Sequence record: NC_019405.1
Direction: 5' to 3' (one strand)
DNA: 64,000 nt
Part shown: piece by piece, positions 59,700 to 64,000 of the stretch
How the letters are laid out: each line of letters begins with the position of its first letter
Position numbering within the stretch: the first letter of the stretch is position 1
Position numbers and translations under genes: made by a program
The notes under the pieces: generated by a model
Told to the model about the DNA's origin: nothing
Seen by the model: the letters and a program-made list of their open reading frames with translations, nothing else
Databases searched by the model: none

Positions 59700-60119
59700 G
59701 TGCGCACAACCAAGGCTCAACGCTTCGCCGCCATCGCCTTTGACGCCCTCGCCAAGGCCCTAAGCGAGCCGCGCCAAGCCGTCGCCCGCGTGACCAAATG
59801 GGAGGGCGCGGGCCATAGCTTCGCCAACCTCCAGCGCGATTATGAGCGATACGGCCCCGGCGCCCGCTCATGGTTCGGCCGGGCTGAAATGCGCTTCTTT
59901 GGGACGCGCCTAGAGGCCGCGCCGCTGGACTTCCCGGCGCTGGCCTGCACCCTCTTTCTGACCTCCGAAACCCCGCCCGGCGCCGGCCGGGTCTGGACCC
60001 TTCGCGCCTATGTCTGGGCTTCGGCCGATATCACCACGCTAACCCATGGCGACGAAACCGACGCGGCGACCGCGCAAGCGGCCTTTGACCTGCTTTGGCG
60101 GGTTCTCGCCGCCCGGTAA
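59700..60119 (+). CDS. hypothetical protein, 139 aa
   Basis: GGAGG SD, GTG start. Confidence 0.65.
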   Translation: MRTTKAQRFAAIAFDALAKALSEPRQAVARVTKWEGAGHSFANLQRDYERYGPGARSWFGRAEMRFFGTRLEAAPLDFPALACTLFLTSETPPGAGRVWTLRAYVWASADITTLTHGDETDAATAQAAFDLLWRVLAAR

Positions 60120-60147
60120 CCTTTTGTTAACTTCTGCCCGCTAGGGT
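60116..60147 (+). promoter_or_regulatory. CtrA-box promoter cassette
   Basis: GTAA-N7-TTAAC-10-TAGGGT; first half-site overlaps the upstream TAA stop. Confidence 0.75.
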
Positions 60148-60195
60148 CTTCTTGCGGCCGGGCAATCCCGCCCGGCCGCCCAAGGATTGGACCGC

Positions 60196-60468
60196 ATGAC
60201 CCGCGCTCAAGCCCTCGCCGAAATGAACGCCCTTCCCGGTATCATCGCCTCTTTTGAGCGCGAGACGGGCGAATATCGCGTGACCCTGCGCTTTGGCCCG
60301 CTCCCCATGGGGCGTGGCGCTCAAGACTGGATGAACAAGCGCCGCGAAGCCGTCGCCAGCTACAGCGACGACAAGGCCGACGCCCTGGCCACCGCCCGCG
60401 ACATGTCCGCCCGTTGGGAGGCGATGAACGCCGAAGAGCGTTCGCGCCTCTATCACAACCCCGCCTAA
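60196..60468 (+). CDS. hypothetical protein, 90 aa
   Basis: start moved to ATG 60196 (AAGGA SD). Confidence 0.7.
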   Translation: MTRAQALAEMNALPGIIASFERETGEYRVTLRFGPLPMGRGAQDWMNKRREAVASYSDDKADALATARDMSARWEAMNAEERSRLYHNPA

Positions 60469-60478
60469 AGCCCCGCGC

Positions 60479-60504
60479 GCCGCCCTGGCCTTCGCCGGGG
60501 CGGC
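60479..60504 (+). terminator. GC hairpin, possible terminator or stabiliser
   Basis: GCCGCCCTGGC-CTTC-GCCGGGGCGGC. Confidence 0.45.
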
Positions 60505-60534
60505 TCCCTCAACCCCTCGCAAGGATCGCACCCC

Positions 60535-60819
60535 ATGACCGCCCGTAAGCCCCTGACCAAGGAACAAAAGGCCCGCCGCCGCGCGACCCGTCGCGCCGCC
60601 CGCCTCAACTGGTCGGATGAGCGCCGCGCCCGCGAATTCGAGCGTCAAGCCCGCTTCTTCCTAATGATCGCCACCCGCGCCCAAGGCGCCGGCCAAGGCC
60701 AGGAAGCCGCCCGCCTCGCCACGGTCGCACAACGCAAGGTGACAAACTGGCGCATGGCGCAGGCCTGCGCCCGGATTAACGCCCTGGCCGTGCATCCTTG
60801 GGCGGGGGTCGCCTCCTAA
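60535..60819 (+). CDS. basic hypothetical protein, 94 aa
   Basis: AAGGA SD; Arg/Ala-rich. Confidence 0.65.
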   Translation: MTARKPLTKEQKARRRATRRAARLNWSDERRAREFERQARFFLMIATRAQGAGQGQEAARLATVAQRKVTNWRMAQACARINALAVHPWAGVAS

Positions 60820-61001
60820 TGGCCCGCCGCGTCCGCTACATGCCGTCCGAAGCTCTGGACCTCGCCGACGCGCTCGGCGAGGGGCTGGACCTCGTTAAGG
60901 CGATGAGCGAGGCCCGCCGCGCGGGCGCGCCTATCGCCGACACCCTCGCCGCCCTCGAAGACTGGGCTTTAACCGCCGTCAACCTCATAGAAGAGGACTA
61001 A
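60819..61001 (+). CDS. hypothetical protein, 60 aa
   Basis: TAATG coupling; start moved to ATG 60819. Confidence 0.65.
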   Translation: MARRVRYMPSEALDLADALGEGLDLVKAMSEARRAGAPIADTLAALEDWALTAVNLIEED

Positions 61002-61006
61002 ACCCA

Positions 61007-61189
61007 ATGACGCACCCTCACGCCCTGGCGCTGATCGCCCTCGCCGAAAAGGTGTTGCCGCTTACCCGGCTGCACCCGCTCGACCAACGCGCCGCCGCCG
61101 TCGACCTAATCGGCGACCTCTACGCCCTCGCCGACTCCATTGACGCCACCCCGCAAGCCGCCGCCCTGGCGCAACCGAAGGCCGCCTAA
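61007..61189 (+). CDS. hypothetical protein, 60 aa
   Basis: GAGGA SD. Confidence 0.65.
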   Translation: MTHPHALALIALAEKVLPLTRLHPLDQRAAAVDLIGDLYALADSIDATPQAAALAQPKAA

Positions 61190-61192
61190 GCC

Positions 61193-61783
61193 ATGAACCC
61201 GAACCGCTACCGCCTCGCGCCCCGCGACCGCTTCAGCCGCGAGCTTGCCGAAACGCTCTATCAGGCGGCCGAAGCCGTCGCCCGCGTGATTCCGCTAGTG
61301 CCGGAGTCCGTCCCCGATGAGCGCCGCGCGCTGGGCAAGGTCCGCGCCGACCTGCTAACCCATAGCGCCGGCGCCCTTGTTCCCAAGCCGCCGGCCGCCG
61401 TGCTCGCAACCCTCGTTTGGGTTGTCGAGATGGCGCAAGATCGCGCGACCAACGCCGATTTCAACACCGCCCAAGAGGGACTCGACGAACACGAGTCCCT
61501 AGCCTTTGTCGCCGACTGGCTGGAAGCCGAAGGCCAGGACGTGACGCCGATTCGCAACGCGCAACCGTCCGCCGACGCCCTGGCCGAACTCGCCGCCCGT
61601 CGCGACGCCGAACAAGAGGCGCTAGACGCCTTGGAGGCCGCCGCCCTGGCCGAAGCGCCGGGCGACGTGATCACCGAAGCCTTGCGCCCCTATCTGGGCG
61701 CCACCCTGGCCGAAAACCACGCCGACGACGTGCTAGACGCCCTCACGCGCGCCGGCTTCCAAATCACCCGCAAGGAGGCTTAA
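61193..61783 (+). CDS. hypothetical helical protein, 196 aa
   Basis: GAAGG SD. Confidence 0.7.
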   Translation: MNPNRYRLAPRDRFSRELAETLYQAAEAVARVIPLVPESVPDERRALGKVRADLLTHSAGALVPKPPAAVLATLVWVVEMAQDRATNADFNTAQEGLDEHESLAFVADWLEAEGQDVTPIRNAQPSADALAELAARRDAEQEALDALEAAALAEAPGDVITEALRPYLGATLAENHADDVLDALTRAGFQITRKEA

Positions 61784-61787
61784 GACC

Positions 61788-62366
61788 ATGTCCCGCGCCG
61801 TTTCCACCTTCGCCACCCCTGAAAAGCTCATCGGGGGTTACCTCATGTCGGCGGCCCGTCACGGGGCCATGACCGAAGCCGCCGAAGTCATCGCCACCCT
61901 AGAGGCGGCCGGCTATGTGATCGCCCGCCGCCGCGACGTCTTCACCGATGAGGGCGAGAAGCTGGGCGACCTGTTGGCGGCGCTTTATGACGCCGTCCCG
62001 AACTACGCCGTAAGATCGCAGCGCCTCGCCGACGCCCTCAAGCCGGCGCGAGACTACGTCTATCAGCCCCGGTTCCGGGTCAAGCTGGACGCCGCGCCCG
62101 GCGCGCGCCTGACCGACTGCGACACGGGCGCAACGGTCTATTTCCAGCCGGGCGACGACGCCGACGCCTTCCGGGCCGAATTCGCCCCGTGGGTTCACGA
62201 CGCCAATGTGACGGCCGAAGGCGCGGCCCTGGCCTCGATGATGAACCCGACGGCCGAAGAGTATTTCAGCGCCAGCGGGGAAGATGACGACTTGCCCGGC
62301 GCGCTTTCCGCCTTCGATTCCGCCGGCTCCGGCCAAAGACTGGGCTACGTTCGCCCGCCTCGCTAA
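61788..62366 (+). CDS. hypothetical protein, 192 aa
   Basis: AAGGAGG SD. Confidence 0.7.
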   Translation: MSRAVSTFATPEKLIGGYLMSAARHGAMTEAAEVIATLEAAGYVIARRRDVFTDEGEKLGDLLAALYDAVPNYAVRSQRLADALKPARDYVYQPRFRVKLDAAPGARLTDCDTGATVYFQPGDDADAFRAEFAPWVHDANVTAEGAALASMMNPTAEEYFSASGEDDDLPGALSAFDSAGSGQRLGYVRPPR

Positions 62367-62463
62367 GTCATCATTCCTACCGTCTATGACTTGTCACCGG
62401 CCGAAGTCTTACCCGGTGACAGTCTGGGCAAGTAAAGCTCACTCTGGATTTTATGACTTAGCG
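62361..62463. repeat. nested inverted-repeat block
   Basis: CGCTAAGTCAT (62361) / ATGACTTAGCG (62453); inner AAGTCAT..ATGACTT and TGTCACCGG..CCGGTGACA. Confidence 0.75.
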
Positions 62464-62547
62464 CAAAGGATTGAAATTGCTCGAAAAATTCCTAGAAGCT
62501 CACAAAGTCGTTTTCTGGCTGCTCTTGCTGGCCTGTTTGTGGCGCTT

Positions 62548-62580
62548 TTAACGGTTTGTTAACCCCTGGCCCTCTAGGGT
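62548..62580 (+). promoter_or_regulatory. CtrA-box promoter cassette
   Basis: perfect TTAA-N7-TTAAC, 11 nt, TAGGGT. Confidence 0.75.
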
Positions 62581-62634
62581 CGAATTCCCGGCGCGGCAAT
62601 CCCGCCGCCCCGGCCTTCCTTCGGAGCTTCCAAA

Positions 62635-63081
62635 ATGTTCGCTTCCGTGACCCTTCCCGCCCATGACGCCCAAGGCCTGAGCCTCGAAACCGTCCACATG
62701 GTTTTCGCCCGCGAACTGGCGCAACATTTCGACCACGTGATTTCCGCCCCCGTGGTCGAAAGCTGGCGCGACGAGGAAACCGGCGCCGACCACGCGCAAG
62801 CCGCCGTTTGCTTCACCGTCTCGGCGACCCCGGCCGCGTGGGAAGCCAAGGGCGGGCGCCTCGCGCGCCGGCTGGAAAACCTCGCCGCGCGCTATGCCGC
62901 CGACTGTGACGCCCCGGCCCTGACTGTCACCCATTGCGACGGGCAAACGGTCTATGTCGGCGCTCTGGAAGCCCTGGCGCGCCCCGCTCCGGTGCAAGGC
63001 CCGACCCGCGACGCGGACCCGGCTTTCCTCCCCCGCCAGCGTGAGGACAAGGCCGCCCGCTTCGATCGCCTGACCGCCTAG
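62635..63081 (+). CDS. hypothetical protein, 148 aa
   Basis: GGAG SD. Confidence 0.7.
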   Translation: MFASVTLPAHDAQGLSLETVHMVFARELAQHFDHVISAPVVESWRDEETGADHAQAAVCFTVSATPAAWEAKGGRLARRLENLAARYAADCDAPALTVTHCDGQTVYVGALEALARPAPVQGPTRDADPAFLPRQREDKAARFDRLTA

Positions 63082-63097
63082 CCCCTGGCCTTCCCCT

Positions 63098-63130
63098 AGC
63101 GCACCGCCCCTAGAAAGGCGGTGCGCTTTT
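63098..63130 (+). terminator. intrinsic terminator
   Basis: AGCGCACCGCC-CCTAGAAA-GGCGGTGCGCT then TTT. Confidence 0.7.
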
Positions 63131-63139
63131 CTGTGTCTG

Positions 63140-63172
63140 TTTACTTGTTGTTAAGGAATAGCCTGCTAGTGT
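63140..63172 (+). promoter_or_regulatory. CtrA-box-like promoter cassette
   Basis: TTTA-N7-TTAAG-11-TAGTGT. Confidence 0.55.
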
Positions 63173-63223
63173 CCCCTTGTCGGCGGACGCATCCCGCGCC
63201 CGCCCCTCTCTGGATCGCTCCCC

Positions 63224-63616
63224 ATGGCCCGCCCTTCTGACCTGCTCAACGTCAACGCCGCCCGCGTCCTGGCTTGCCTTGAGCCTATCGCCGCCGCCGC
63301 TAAGACCGCCCCGGCCGCCGACCGCGCCGCCCTTTCCTACCTGCTCGACGCTGGCGAGTATGTCGCCGCGTGGCGCCGCAACCTCACGGAAACCGACCGC
63401 CGCAAGGCCTATGGCGCGGCCTGCGCCGCCGAAGCCCTGGCGCTCGCCAACGCCTATCAGCCCGCCACCCTGCAAGGCGGCGCCGTCCGCCGCGCTCTGG
63501 GCGCCTATGCCGCCGCCCTAAAGGTCCTGCTAGACGGGGAGCCGGTTAAGGCGGTCCGCGCCGCCGAAGGCGCGGCGCTTTCGGTCCGCGCTCGCTACGC
63601 CAACACCCGCCTTTAA
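63224..63616 (+). CDS. Ala-rich hypothetical protein, 130 aa
   Basis: ORF after promoter; TAA stop is part of the next CtrA box. Confidence 0.7.
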   Translation: MARPSDLLNVNAARVLACLEPIAAAAKTAPAADRAALSYLLDAGEYVAAWRRNLTETDRRKAYGAACAAEALALANAYQPATLQGGAVRRALGAYAAALKVLLDGEPVKAVRAAEGAALSVRARYANTRL

Positions 63617-63644
63617 CCTCTTGTTAACACCCCCCGGCTATGGT
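63613..63644 (+). promoter_or_regulatory. CtrA-box promoter cassette
   Basis: perfect TTAA-N7-TTAAC, 10 nt, TATGGT. Confidence 0.7.
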
Positions 63645-63670
63645 CGGGGGGTCGCAAGGAGACACCCGAC

Positions 63671-63865
63671 ATGACCCGTTCCGGCCCCGCCTCGCTCCTG
63701 ACCCCGCAAGCCCGCTTCTCGTCGCCGCGCGTCCTGATCCTTCCGGGCGCGGCTCCCATGCCGATTCGCCAGCCGCGCGGCCTTTGCGCCGTCGAGTGCG
63801 TCGCCCTTGGCGTGACGCTGGGCGCGGCGCTCTACCTCGCCGCCCGCGTGTTCGGTCTGGTCTGA
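63671..63865 (+). CDS. small protein with C-terminal hydrophobic helix, 64 aa
   Basis: AAGGAG SD. Confidence 0.55.
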   Translation: MTRSGPASLLTPQARFSSPRVLILPGAAPMPIRQPRGLCAVECVALGVTLGAALYLAARVFGLV

Positions 63866-63876
63866 CCAGACCCCCG

Positions 63877-63902
63877 CCCCGGCCCTACCGGTAAGGCCGG
63901 GG
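63877..63902. repeat. imperfect palindrome sharing GGCCCTACCGG with 55860-55870
   Basis: CCCCGGCCCTACCGGTAAGGCCGGGG. Confidence 0.65.
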
Positions 63903-64000
63903 GTGTGTCCCATAATGAGACACCCCCCGCCACCTAGTATCTTTTTTGATTCGGAGGGACCCAAAGGCCCCCTACGTTAACCATTTTTGGCGGCGCCCCC

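Noticed and set aside
1-64000. Prophage or integrative element
   Set aside because: No integrase, att-flanked host genes or bacterial housekeeping genes; organisation fits a lytic phage genome end

Overview
This is a high-GC (roughly two-thirds G+C by eye) bacteriophage segment. It most resembles the right-hand end of a phiCbK-like Caulobacter siphophage genome; that assignment is inferred from a GcrA homologue, CtrA-box promoters, and terS/terL followed by a repeat-rich, LTR-like early region. Layout: (i) 1-8447 is a leftward block with DUF4326, a HAD 5'(3')-nucleotidase, an XRE regulator, a tandem winged-helix protein, an 81-aa collapsed PolA-palm protein and a GcrA homologue. (ii) A divergent promoter pair lies at about 8470-8550. 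(iii) 8583-47906 holds about 100 small, tightly coupled rightward genes, mostly hypothetical. They include a PEP-utiliser phospho-His-domain protein, a metallophosphatase, DUF1937, a YfaP-like large protein with a partner, DUF6197-like paralogues and an HNH endonuclease, punctuated by a repeated sigma70-type promoter cassette with a fixed downstream ACGACAA element. (iv) An AT-rich island lies at about 47940-48215. (v) A packaging block encodes a RuvC-like resolvase, TerS and TerL, the last with a Pro-starting intein in Walker A. (vi) 54500-56050 is dense with non-coding repeat arrays. (vii) 56017-64000 is a putative terminal-repeat early region built from terminator / CtrA-box promoter / hairpin-leader cassettes. 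No tRNA, rRNA, CRISPR array, integrase or transposase was seen. Domain calls come from motif recognition by eye, not database searches. Several start codons were moved from the supplied ORF track.
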